Shown: one piece after another, positions 46,578 to 54,507 of the stretch | How the letters are laid out: each line of letters starts with the position of its first letter | Numbering within the stretch: position 1 is the first letter of the stretch | From: Mycoplasma sp. CAG:877 | Lineage (GTDB): Bacteria > Bacillota_I > Bacilli_A > RF39 > UBA660 | Assembly: GCA_000433455.1 (NCBI GenBank) | Contig: HF992499.1 | Coordinates: 193,202 to 256,531 of the forward strand | Direction: 5' to 3' | DNA length: 63,330 nt | Translations under genes and position numbers: made by a program | Notes under the pieces: model-generated | Seen by the model: the letters and a program-made list of their open reading frames with translations, nothing else | Told to the model about the DNA's origin: nothing | The model's database searches: none

Positions 46578-48188
46578 ATGAAGTTTGGTGACAAACTAAT
46601 TAAACTTAGAAAGAAAAATGGCTTATCTCAAGAAGACTTAGCCAACAAATTAAATGTTTCAAGACAATCAGTATCTAAATGGGAAAGTAATAATACTTAT
46701 CCTGAAACAGATAAAATAGTTCAAATCTGTAATATCTTTAATTGTAGTATGGATGACTTAATCAATGACAAAGTTACAGATATAGAAGAAGTAGAAAGAA
46801 AAGAAAAAAACAATCTAAATATTGTTCTAGACTCTCTATTAGAATTTATTACTAAAACAATAAACATGTTATCTAGAATGAAATTCTCATCAATCTTAAA
46901 ATGTTTTATTGAACAAGTAATTATTGTTCTACTTCTAGCATTCATTGGTATGATAATATCATCAATTATTCCTAATGTAATTTGTAAAACTCTAAACTTT
47001 ATCCTATCAGGACGCTACTATACTGTCTATAATGTAATAAAAGGTCTATGTCAAACTATCTGGCTTATTATATCTATAATTGCTATTATTCATATTTTTA
47101 AACTTCGTTATTTAAATTACTATGATGAAATAGTTGAAAAGGAAAAGAATGTATCCTCAAGAAAAGTTAAAGAAAATAAAAAAGAAGAAACAAATACTAC
47201 AACTAGTTTTGAAAGAAAAGATGAAGAAAAAATAATCTTAAGAGATCCTAATCATGAACCATTTGCTTTCTTAAGTCTCCTATCAAAAATAGTAATTTTC
47301 TTTGTAAAAATAACTATCGCATTTATCGGCTTATTCTTAGTCTTTACTTTAACACTATCTCTAATTAGTTTAGTAATAAGTCTATCTTTATCCCTACATT
47401 CCTTAATATTTGCTGGAGCAACCCTAACTTCACTTGGTATCATAATAGCTAATATAATAGTCTTAATTTTAATTGTAAATTTTATTATAAATAAAAAAAT
47501 AAAAGCAGAAATACCTATAACTATCCTTTTAGTCGCTATAACAATAGCTGGAATAGGTTTAGGTATAGGTTTACTTGGTTTTAAAAATATTGATTTTATA
47601 GGTTTTGACGAAAAAAGTATAAAAGAAAATGAAATAGACCTAACTTATAAAGACAATATGTTAATTATGAATACTTGGGAACATAACTATGAAATTATAA
47701 TAGATAACGCCATGAGTCTAAATGATATAAAAGTAAGATATAAATATAACCCTGATTACTATAAAATATCTTATAGTGTAGATTACAGCTATGATATGCG
47801 TGAATATGATACATATTTGACTAGCACTAATAATTTTCCAAAACAATTTAAAACTTTCTTAGACGACCTAAAGAAAAATACTATTAGAGATTATTCTACT
47901 AGTGAATTTAATAATAGTATGAAATTAATTGCTAATGAAGAAACAATTAATAAATTAATGACTAACTTTTCTAAACTATATTTATTTGAACAAGAAAAAA
48001 CTGAAACTGGTTATAAAATTTCTAATGTTGAGTTTCGTTTAGAAGAAGATGATCAAGGTTGTTCTGCATACTACAGTGCCGCAACAGATACTCTAACTTG
48101 TCCTAGTTGGTGTGAAGGTAAAAAAGAAAAAATAGATACTCCAAAAGGTCAAATTATAAAATTCTATTGTGCAACTAGTAATGATTAA
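46578..48188 (+). CDS. Membrane-embedded XRE-family regulator (HTH - ~6 TM - 200-aa C-terminal domain)
   Basis: HTH LSQEDLANKLNVSRQSVSKWE. Multiple TM helices. C-terminal domain with four Cys (CSAYY..TCPSWCEG..FYCA). Confidence 0.8.
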   Translation: MKFGDKLIKLRKKNGLSQEDLANKLNVSRQSVSKWESNNTYPETDKIVQICNIFNCSMDDLINDKVTDIEEVERKEKNNLNIVLDSLLEFITKTINMLSRMKFSSILKCFIEQVIIVLLLAFIGMIISSIIPNVICKTLNFILSGRYYTVYNVIKGLCQTIWLIISIIAIIHIFKLRYLNYYDEIVEKEKNVSSRKVKENKKEETNTTTSFERKDEEKIILRDPNHEPFAFLSLLSKIVIFFVKITIAFIGLFLVFTLTLSLISLVISLSLSLHSLIFAGATLTSLGIIIANIIVLILIVNFIINKKIKAEIPITILLVAITIAGIGLGIGLLGFKNIDFIGFDEKSIKENEIDLTYKDNMLIMNTWEHNYEIIIDNAMSLNDIKVRYKYNPDYYKISYSVDYSYDMREYDTYLTSTNNFPKQFKTFLDDLKKNTIRDYSTSEFNNSMKLIANEETINKLMTNFSKLYLFEQEKTETGYKISNVEFRLEEDDQGCSAYYSAATDTLTCPSWCEGKKEKIDTPKGQIIKFYCATSND

Positions 48189-48931
48189 AATAACATCTCA
48201 CATACTAACATCGTCATAATACCTAAGAGAAAAGAAAATATTGTTGCTTTTCTCTTTTTATATTGCCAAGAATTAGGTAACAATTCATAAATACTAATAT
48301 GAATCATTATTCCAGCTGTAACTCCAAGTATCAAAGCTAAAATAAAATCATTCATGTATCTAGCAAGAAATAAATAGGCAAGTATCGCTCCAAACAACTC
48401 TGAAAATCCAGATAAAAAAGTATACCAAAAAGCCCTCTTTCTGTTATAAGTCGCATAATATATTGGAACCGCTATAGAAATACCTTCTGGAATATTATGA
48501 AGAGCAATAGCTAAAGACAAAGTAATACCCAAAGAAAGATTACTATTAGTCGAAATAAAAGTCGTAATTCCCTCTGGTATATTATGAAGTGCTAAAGCAA
48601 TTACTGAAATAAGTCCTAATTTATAAAGATTATTATTAGAAAAATGCTCATCAATCTTTTGATCAATAGAACTAGAAAACATAATTCCTAAAACTACAAA
48701 AATAAACACTATCAAAAAGACAAAAACTTTTGTATAATCAAAGTAGAGTAGACTAACAGACTCTGGTATTAAAGAAGTAAGAGAAATAGTAATCATAACT
48801 CCAGCAGAAAAGGCCAAAGATTTGCTAATAATACTTTCTCTAGACTTATGCAAATAACATGGTATAATACCAAGAAGTGTTGCTAAACCAGCTAAAGTTG
48901 TAATTAAAAAACTAAATATAATTCTATTCAT
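48185..48931 (-). CDS. zupT: ZIP family metal transporter (ZupT-like)
   Basis: Duplicated HNIPEG motifs and 8 TM helices. Confidence 0.85.
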   Translation of the reverse strand: MNRIIFSFLITTLAGLATLLGIIPCYLHKSRESIISKSLAFSAGVMITISLTSLIPESVSLLYFDYTKVFVFLIVFIFVVLGIMFSSSIDQKIDEHFSNNNLYKLGLISVIALALHNIPEGITTFISTNSNLSLGITLSLAIALHNIPEGISIAVPIYYATYNRKRAFWYTFLSGFSELFGAILAYLFLARYMNDFILALILGVTAGIMIHISIYELLPNSWQYKKRKATIFSFLLGIMTMLVCEMLF

Positions 48932-49044
48932 ACTAATTTATATACATAAAATCAAAAAAATATGACTTTATCAAAAAACTAATCCAAATTCTATATTGAA
49001 AAACATTAACTTGTATATTATTATAATGAAACGAGGTATATAAA

Positions 49045-49644
49045 ATGAATCTAATTTTTATGAGACATGGCGAAGCCACTAATAATAAAGAAGAGTTTTT
49101 CTCAGACAAAGAAATATATTGGTCTATTCTAACTGAAAAAGGCATAAAAGAAGTAAAAGACTCAATAAACCTTTTACCAAAAAGTATTGATAAAATTTAT
49201 GTCTCTCCCTTACCAAGAACTATTGAAACTGCTCATCTAGTCTACGAAAAATATAAAACTACCGAAGTAATTATAGATAACCGTTTACGTGAAATAAACT
49301 ATGGAAAATATTCTGGTAAGAAAAACAATGAAGAACTAGATAACATTCGTCTACAACAAATTAATGGAGACTATTTCACTAAGTTTGGGGACTACGGAGA
49401 AAATAAATTCGAAATAGAATTAAGACTATCTACATTTTTAAAAGATATTTCAACAGAAAACTCCAGCAATAGTACTATTCTAATCATCTCCCACGGTTCA
49501 ATAACTTCATACATGAAAAGAATTCTAAATTTAAAAACTCCTCATATTAAAACTGGTAAAATAGAAGAATTTATTGATATTGATTTTACTCCAGTATTAA
49601 TTCATTTAAATAAATTAAATACGTATCAAACTCCAAATAATTAA
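49045..49644 (+). CDS. Histidine phosphatase family protein (phosphoglycerate-mutase-like)
   Basis: RHG motif (IFMRHGEA) and a later SHG. Confidence 0.8.
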   Translation: MNLIFMRHGEATNNKEEFFSDKEIYWSILTEKGIKEVKDSINLLPKSIDKIYVSPLPRTIETAHLVYEKYKTTEVIIDNRLREINYGKYSGKKNNEELDNIRLQQINGDYFTKFGDYGENKFEIELRLSTFLKDISTENSSNSTILIISHGSITSYMKRILNLKTPHIKTGKIEEFIDIDFTPVLIHLNKLNTYQTPNN

Positions 49645-49663
49645 AAAGAAAAGAAGTGATCAT

Positions 49664-50293
49664 ATGAACTACGATAAATTAATGGAAGAACAAATGTCAT
49701 CAACTAAAGAAGGCAGTACACTTTTATTACATGCTTGTTGTGCACCATGTTCATCAGCTTGTCTAGAAAGACTAAGTAATTTCTTTAAGATAACAATTAT
49801 CTACTATAATCCCAATATAACTGAAGAAAAAGAATATTTAAAACGTCTAGAAGAACTAAAAAACTTTATCCAAAAAATTAAAGTAAAATACCCAATCAAT
49901 ATAATAGATACAAGATATGATCCAAAAGAATTCTTTGAAATATCTAAAGGACTAGAAAAAGAAAAAGAACGTGGCAAACGTTGTTACAAATGTTACGAAT
50001 TACGTCTAGAAGAAACAGCTAAAGTTGCTAAAGAAAATAACTTTGACTTTTTCGCAACTACTCTTACTCTAAGTCCTTATAAAAAAACTGACTGGCTTAA
50101 TGAAATAGGAGAAAACCTATCTAATAAATATCAAACTTCTTACTTATATTCTGATTTTAAAAAGAAAAATGGTTATAAACGAAGTATCGAGCTATCAAAA
50201 GAATATAATTTGTATCGTCAAGATTACTGTGGCTGTATCTATTCAAAACTAGAACGAGAAGAAGAGAAAAATAAACAGATACACCTAACTTAA
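49664..50293 (+). CDS. queH: Epoxyqueuosine reductase QueH (DUF208)
   Basis: LLLHACCAPCS, RCYKCY, YCGCIYS cysteine motifs. Confidence 0.85.
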   Translation: MNYDKLMEEQMSSTKEGSTLLLHACCAPCSSACLERLSNFFKITIIYYNPNITEEKEYLKRLEELKNFIQKIKVKYPINIIDTRYDPKEFFEISKGLEKEKERGKRCYKCYELRLEETAKVAKENNFDFFATTLTLSPYKKTDWLNEIGENLSNKYQTSYLYSDFKKKNGYKRSIELSKEYNLYRQDYCGCIYSKLEREEEKNKQIHLT

Positions 50294-50385
50294 AAACTCA
50301 AACTAAATAAGACATAAAACATTATGTCTTTATTTTTTTCTAAAAATATGTTATAATATGGAGCCATAAAAAAGGGGATGACTAT

Positions 50386-51099
50386 ATGTCAAAAATTATC
50401 AGTTCAATATCAGGACTAAATCTAACAACACCAATTAATGGTGGAAGTTGTAGTAAAATATATAAAGTAGCTCCAGATGAATATTTTAAACTATTAAATG
50501 AAGATTATAGAGATCTATATGAACCAGAAAATGTTGAAGTACTAGAAACCTTATTAGAATTACAACAAGTAAAAACACCTTCACTCGCAATACCAGTTAC
50601 TATCTATTGTAGTAAAGAACAACTATTTGGTTATACATCTAAAATAATGCCAGGTATCTCTTTAGAAGAACTACCAGAAAACACCAAACTATCTCTAATA
50701 AGAGAATCTCTAAAAGGAATCAAACCAGAAATAAAAGAATTAGCAAAACAAGGTATTAAAACAGAAGATATCGGTGGAGACAATATCCTATTATCAGACC
50801 ACATGAGTATAATTGACTTAGAACTAAGTCTAGTCGCAAAAGATGCTTCCTTTGACTATCTATATTCAAAAACTATGAATCAAATCCTAAATAGTACTAT
50901 CTTAAATAGTATAGGTTCTAAAGTAGCTAATAATTTTCAAACAGCTGAAATTATCGCTCTAAGAGAATCTTTAAGAAATGGTGAAAGTGATAACTTTGAA
51001 CAACTATTCGACTTAATGATTACTGAATTAGAAAATACAACAAATCAAGAAATAAAAACTATAGGAGAGAGTAAAAAAGCCTATCAAAAAGTAAAGTAG
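50386..51099 (+). CDS. Small protein-kinase-like fold protein (tentative)
   Basis: GGSCSKIYKV (Gly-loop plus Lys), EDIGGDNILL (D-x4-N catalytic loop), IIDLE (DFG-equivalent Asp). Confidence 0.45.
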   Translation: MSKIISSISGLNLTTPINGGSCSKIYKVAPDEYFKLLNEDYRDLYEPENVEVLETLLELQQVKTPSLAIPVTIYCSKEQLFGYTSKIMPGISLEELPENTKLSLIRESLKGIKPEIKELAKQGIKTEDIGGDNILLSDHMSIIDLELSLVAKDASFDYLYSKTMNQILNSTILNSIGSKVANNFQTAEIIALRESLRNGESDNFEQLFDLMITELENTTNQEIKTIGESKKAYQKVK

Positions 51100-51123
51100 A
51101 AATGTAAAGTAATCTTTAACACG

Positions 51124-51152
51124 TTGCATATTATTATTAAAGATGTTATATT
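51124..51152 (+). promoter_or_regulatory. Sigma-A-type promoter TTGCAT-N17-TATATT for the zinc-ribbon gene
   Basis: Read directly. It would give a ~115-nt leader. Confidence 0.5.
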
Positions 51153-51273
51153 ATTTAATGTGAGTTATCACTGGATTTTGATATAAAATTGGATAATATT
51201 TTTCCTCGTTATTAAATTTGGAAACTATATCTTTTTACCTAAAAGTCCAATCTTTAATAAGGAGGTCAAGAAT

Positions 51274-51444
51274 ATGGAATTTGAAGACAAGACATTAGTT
51301 TGCCAAGATTGTGGTAAAGAATTTACTTTTACTGCTGGTGAACAAGCATTCTACAAAGAAAAAGGTTTAGATAATGAACCAAAAAGATGTAAAGAATGTC
51401 GTGATAAGAGAAAAGCAGCAAGAGAAAACAAAGAATTTAAATAA
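51274..51444 (+). CDS. 56-aa zinc-ribbon protein (below the ORF-track size cutoff)
   Basis: AAGGAGG RBS. MEFEDKTLVCQDCGKEFTFTAGEQAFYKEKGLDNEPKRCKECRDKRKAARENKEFK has two CxxC pairs and the FxFxxxEQxFY motif. Confidence 0.8.
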   Translation: MEFEDKTLVCQDCGKEFTFTAGEQAFYKEKGLDNEPKRCKECRDKRKAARENKEFK

Positions 51445-51452
51445 GAAAACTA

Positions 51453-51478
51453 AAAGTTGATTTTTCAACTTTTTTTCT
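51453..51478 (+). terminator. Rho-independent terminator
   Basis: AAAGTTGA-TTTT-TCAACTTT followed by TTTTT. Confidence 0.75.
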
Positions 51479-51574
51479 TTCTAAATAACTAACACTTTAC
51501 ATATAATAAATACTGAAAACTTTACATATCAACGAAAATAGTATATACTTTGGTATGTGCAAGGAGTGGGATAA

Positions 51575-52888
51575 ATGAAATATTATTGTATTGGTATAAA
51601 AGGAACAGGAATGTCAACCTTAGCTCAAATATTGAGTGATTTAGGAAATCAAGTATCAGGCTATGATGACGCTAGAGGTCATAAGTTTACTCAAGATGGA
51701 CTAGAAGAGCGAAACATTCCAATTTATTATGATGGCAATCATGAATTAGATAAAGATACAATCGTTACTTATAGTGTTGCTTTTAAAGAAGATCATCCAG
51801 AACTTCAAAGAGTAAAAAAACTAGGTTTAACCGTAAAAAAATATAATGAAATTATGGGTGATGTAATTGATATGTTTGAAACCATTGGAGTATCTGGAAC
51901 TCATGGTAAAACAACAACTTCATCCCTAATAAGACATTTCCTAGAGGAAACAGTAGGTTGCAATTACTTTATCGGTGCTGGTGATGGTTATGCTACAAAA
52001 GATAACAAGTACTATGTTGTTGAAAGTGATGAATTCAATCGTCATTTTACAGCTTATCATCCTACATACGCCGTTATAACAAACATTGAAAGAGAACATA
52101 TGGAGTGTTATAAAGATCTAGATGATATTAGAAATACTTTTGAAATATTTGCAAGACAAACAAAAAAACTAGTTGTAGCAAACGGTGATAATGAAGAAAT
52201 AAGAAAAATCAACTATGCAACTAAAGTATTATTTTATGGTTTTAATGAAAATAATGATGTTGTAATCAAAAATATGAATTTAACAGAAAAGTCTTCTGAA
52301 TTTGACTTATTTATTAACAATGAATTATATGGTCACTTTAATATTCCTCTATTTGGAAAACACATGGTAATGGATGCAACCGCAGCTATTATAATTGCCA
52401 AAGAACTAGGTCTAGAAAAAGACACAATCGAAAAGTTATTACAAACTTTCCATAATGCCAAAAGACGTTTTGAAGAACAAAGAGTAGGGGATAGTATTAT
52501 CATTGATGACTATGCTCATCATCCTACAGAAATAAAAGTAACTCTAGAAGCAGTTAAGCAAAAATACCCTAATAAACGTCTTGTAGTAGTTTTTGCTCCA
52601 AATACATATTCTAGAACAAAAGACTTTAAAAATGAGTTTATTGCTGCCTTTAAAGTAGCTGATAAAGCTTATCTAACAGAAATAGATTGTAATAGAGAAA
52701 AACAAGAAGATTATCCTGGTATAACTTCTCATATAATTACAGATAATTTAAAAGATAGTGAAATAGTATCAGTTGATACCATGGATAAACTAAAAAATGA
52801 AACTTCATCAGTAGTATGTTTCATGGGTTGTGCTTATGTAGATGGCTTAATATCTGCCTACAAAAAAGTAATAGAAAATAACAAATAA
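51575..52888 (+). CDS. murC: UDP-N-acetylmuramate--L-alanine ligase
   Basis: GIKGTGMS, GVSGTHGKTTT, DDYAHHP. Confidence 0.95.
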   Translation: MKYYCIGIKGTGMSTLAQILSDLGNQVSGYDDARGHKFTQDGLEERNIPIYYDGNHELDKDTIVTYSVAFKEDHPELQRVKKLGLTVKKYNEIMGDVIDMFETIGVSGTHGKTTTSSLIRHFLEETVGCNYFIGAGDGYATKDNKYYVVESDEFNRHFTAYHPTYAVITNIEREHMECYKDLDDIRNTFEIFARQTKKLVVANGDNEEIRKINYATKVLFYGFNENNDVVIKNMNLTEKSSEFDLFINNELYGHFNIPLFGKHMVMDATAAIIIAKELGLEKDTIEKLLQTFHNAKRRFEEQRVGDSIIIDDYAHHPTEIKVTLEAVKQKYPNKRLVVVFAPNTYSRTKDFKNEFIAAFKVADKAYLTEIDCNREKQEDYPGITSHIITDNLKDSEIVSVDTMDKLKNETSSVVCFMGCAYVDGLISAYKKVIENNK

Positions 52889-52925
52889 AAAGCTCGTTAT
52901 TAAAAACGAGTTTTTCTTTACATAA

Positions 52926-53684
52926 TTATTTTTGTGTAGGTTTATCAGTCTGCCTACCAAGTTCATCTATATCACTTTTTGTATACATTCTATCAATATG
53001 ATGATCAGCAGTAACAGGAATATATCCCAATATATATTTAGGATTAACTTTTACATCATTTCCATCGCTTATATAAATCTTACTTGTATCAGCTAAATCC
53101 TCATCCGGAATTCTAATTATAATTGACCCAGATGAATTTTTATATGCATTTGCATACATTGCCTCTTTAATTACCGTACTATTATCTGGATAATAACTAA
53201 CAGTATCACTAAGTTTTTTCTCAGAAGCAACCATTCCACCCATATGTCCATCTATTCTTAAACCATTATTAAGTATGTCACTAATTGCCTCAACTGAAGT
53301 ATCGTGTTTAGTTCTATGTATTCCAACTAAAACATTTTCCTCAGACACAAGTTGTTCAAGTTCATCTCTAAGCATTGGAGAAATAGAACCATTAACTGGT
53401 CCTAAATATTCAAAACCAATAGTAGAAAAGCCTAAAGACTTTAATTTATCAAATCTCTTAGATATTTTATATTGATGAAGCTCTTTTTCTAAAAGTTCTC
53501 TATCTTCCTGTAGAGAATTATTAGCTCTTTTTAATTCTTTTAATGAACGTCTATTTAACTTATCAATTCCAATCTCATGAAATTCTCTTCCATCAGATTT
53601 AACATAATAATATCCCTTATCAGGACTAAACTTTCTCATTAAAAAGTCATCTTTAATATCAAATTTCTTATCAAATAAACCCAT
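52926..53684 (-). CDS. Hypothetical protein (252 aa), coiled-coil N-terminal half plus a globular C-terminal domain
   Basis: Long ORF on the minority strand between murC and the tRNA. No family recognised. Confidence 0.6.
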   Translation of the reverse strand: MGLFDKKFDIKDDFLMRKFSPDKGYYYVKSDGREFHEIGIDKLNRRSLKELKRANNSLQEDRELLEKELHQYKISKRFDKLKSLGFSTIGFEYLGPVNGSISPMLRDELEQLVSEENVLVGIHRTKHDTSVEAISDILNNGLRIDGHMGGMVASEKKLSDTVSYYPDNSTVIKEAMYANAYKNSSGSIIIRIPDEDLADTSKIYISDGNDVKVNPKYILGYIPVTADHHIDRMYTKSDIDELGRQTDKPTQK

Positions 53685-53785
53685 ACAATCACCCTTAATA
53701 TTAGTATAAAGTATTTTATTTAAATAGTAAAGCTAACAACTTATACATTAGTATCACTCTAAACAAATAAAATATAAATCTACTA

Positions 53786-53814
53786 TTGTCAAAATAAATA
53801 TTCCATGCTAAAAT
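53786..53814 (+). promoter_or_regulatory. Promoter TTGTCA-N17-TAAAAT for tRNA-Glu
   Basis: Read directly, about 33 nt upstream of the mature tRNA 5' end. Confidence 0.55.
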
Positions 53815-53846
53815 ATTATTGTTCTAGAAAAAAGAACGAACTATAT

Positions 53847-53923
53847 GGCCTGTTGGTGAAGAGGCTTAACACATTGCCCTCTCAAGGCAACATTCACGGA
53901 TTCGAATTCCGTACAGGCTACCA
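53847..53923 (+). tRNA. tRNA-Glu(CUC), monocistronic
   Basis: 77 nt. Acceptor GGCCTGT/ACAGGCT (G1-U72 wobble), A73, encoded CCA. D-arm GTGA-AGAGGCTTA-ACAC. Anticodon arm TTGCC-CTCTCAA-GGCAA. T-arm ACGGA-TTCGAAT-TCCGT. The backbone resembles Bacillus tRNA-Glu. Confidence 0.8.
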
Positions 53924-53934
53924 TATTGTAAACT

Positions 53935-53960
53935 AAAAGTAGGATACTACTTTTTTTTAT
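53935..53960 (+). terminator. Rho-independent terminator after the tRNA
   Basis: AAAAGTAG-GATA-CTACTTTT followed by a T-run. Confidence 0.75.
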
Positions 53961-54042
53961 TTTTCTCCATTGACAAAAAGTCTAATAACGACTAAAATGA
54001 ATAAATGTAAGGCAGCTAACAATTATAGAAAGGAAGTAAAAA

Positions 54043-54507
54043 ATGTCTGATATAAATGTTTTATATGAAATAAAATCTTTAGAAAAAGAAATTGTTCGTG
54101 CATTTATCAATAATAAAGATATTACTATTCCAGAAAACATTTTTCCATCTCCCACACAATTTCAAATAATAGAGTGCATTATTGAAAATAAAAACCAGGA
54201 AATAAATCAGAAAGACTTAGAAAAGCATCTAAATCTAAGTCGAGCAACCATTTCTGGAGTATTACAAACGATGGAGAAAAAAAATCTCATCAAAAGAGTA
54301 ACTAATAGAGAAGATGTAAGAACTAAAAAAATTATTCTAAATGAAAAAACTAAAGAAATTTTTGAAAAAAAGCGTAAAACAATTGAACATACTGAAAAAA
54401 AACTAATAAAAAATATTTCTGAAGAAGATTTAGAAACATTTTTAAAAGTATTAAATATAATGAAAGAAAATATAAAAAAGGAAGAAGGTAAAGACAAAAT
54501 ATGTTAA
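54043..54507 (+). CDS. MarR family transcriptional regulator
   Basis: Winged-helix QKDLEKHLNLSRATISGVLQTMEKKNLIKR. Overlaps the first ABC gene. Confidence 0.85.
   Translation: MSDINVLYEIKSLEKEIVRAFINNKDITIPENIFPSPTQFQIIECIIENKNQEINQKDLEKHLNLSRATISGVLQTMEKKNLIKRVTNREDVRTKKIILNEKTKEIFEKKRKTIEHTEKKLIKNISEEDLETFLKVLNIMKENIKKEEGKDKIC

Noticed and set aside
46390-46581. 63-aa + strand ORF between the heptad-repeat gene and the XRE-membrane gene.
   Set aside because: It starts inside the terminator hairpin, has no RBS, and runs through the promoter and RBS of the next gene. It is most likely non-coding intergenic DNA.
48933-49145. 70-aa minus-strand ORF upstream of the ZIP gene, overlapping the start of the histidine phosphatase gene.
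   Set aside because: It has no RBS, overlaps a supported gene start, and has a non-protein-like composition.
51494-51529. 11-bp direct repeat ACTTTACATAT (51494-51504 and 51519-51529) upstream of murC, as a possible regulatory element.
   Set aside because: The second copy simply supplies the -35 (TTTACA-N17-TATACT) of the likely murC promoter. In DNA this AT-rich a short repeat may be chance, and no associated regulator is evident.
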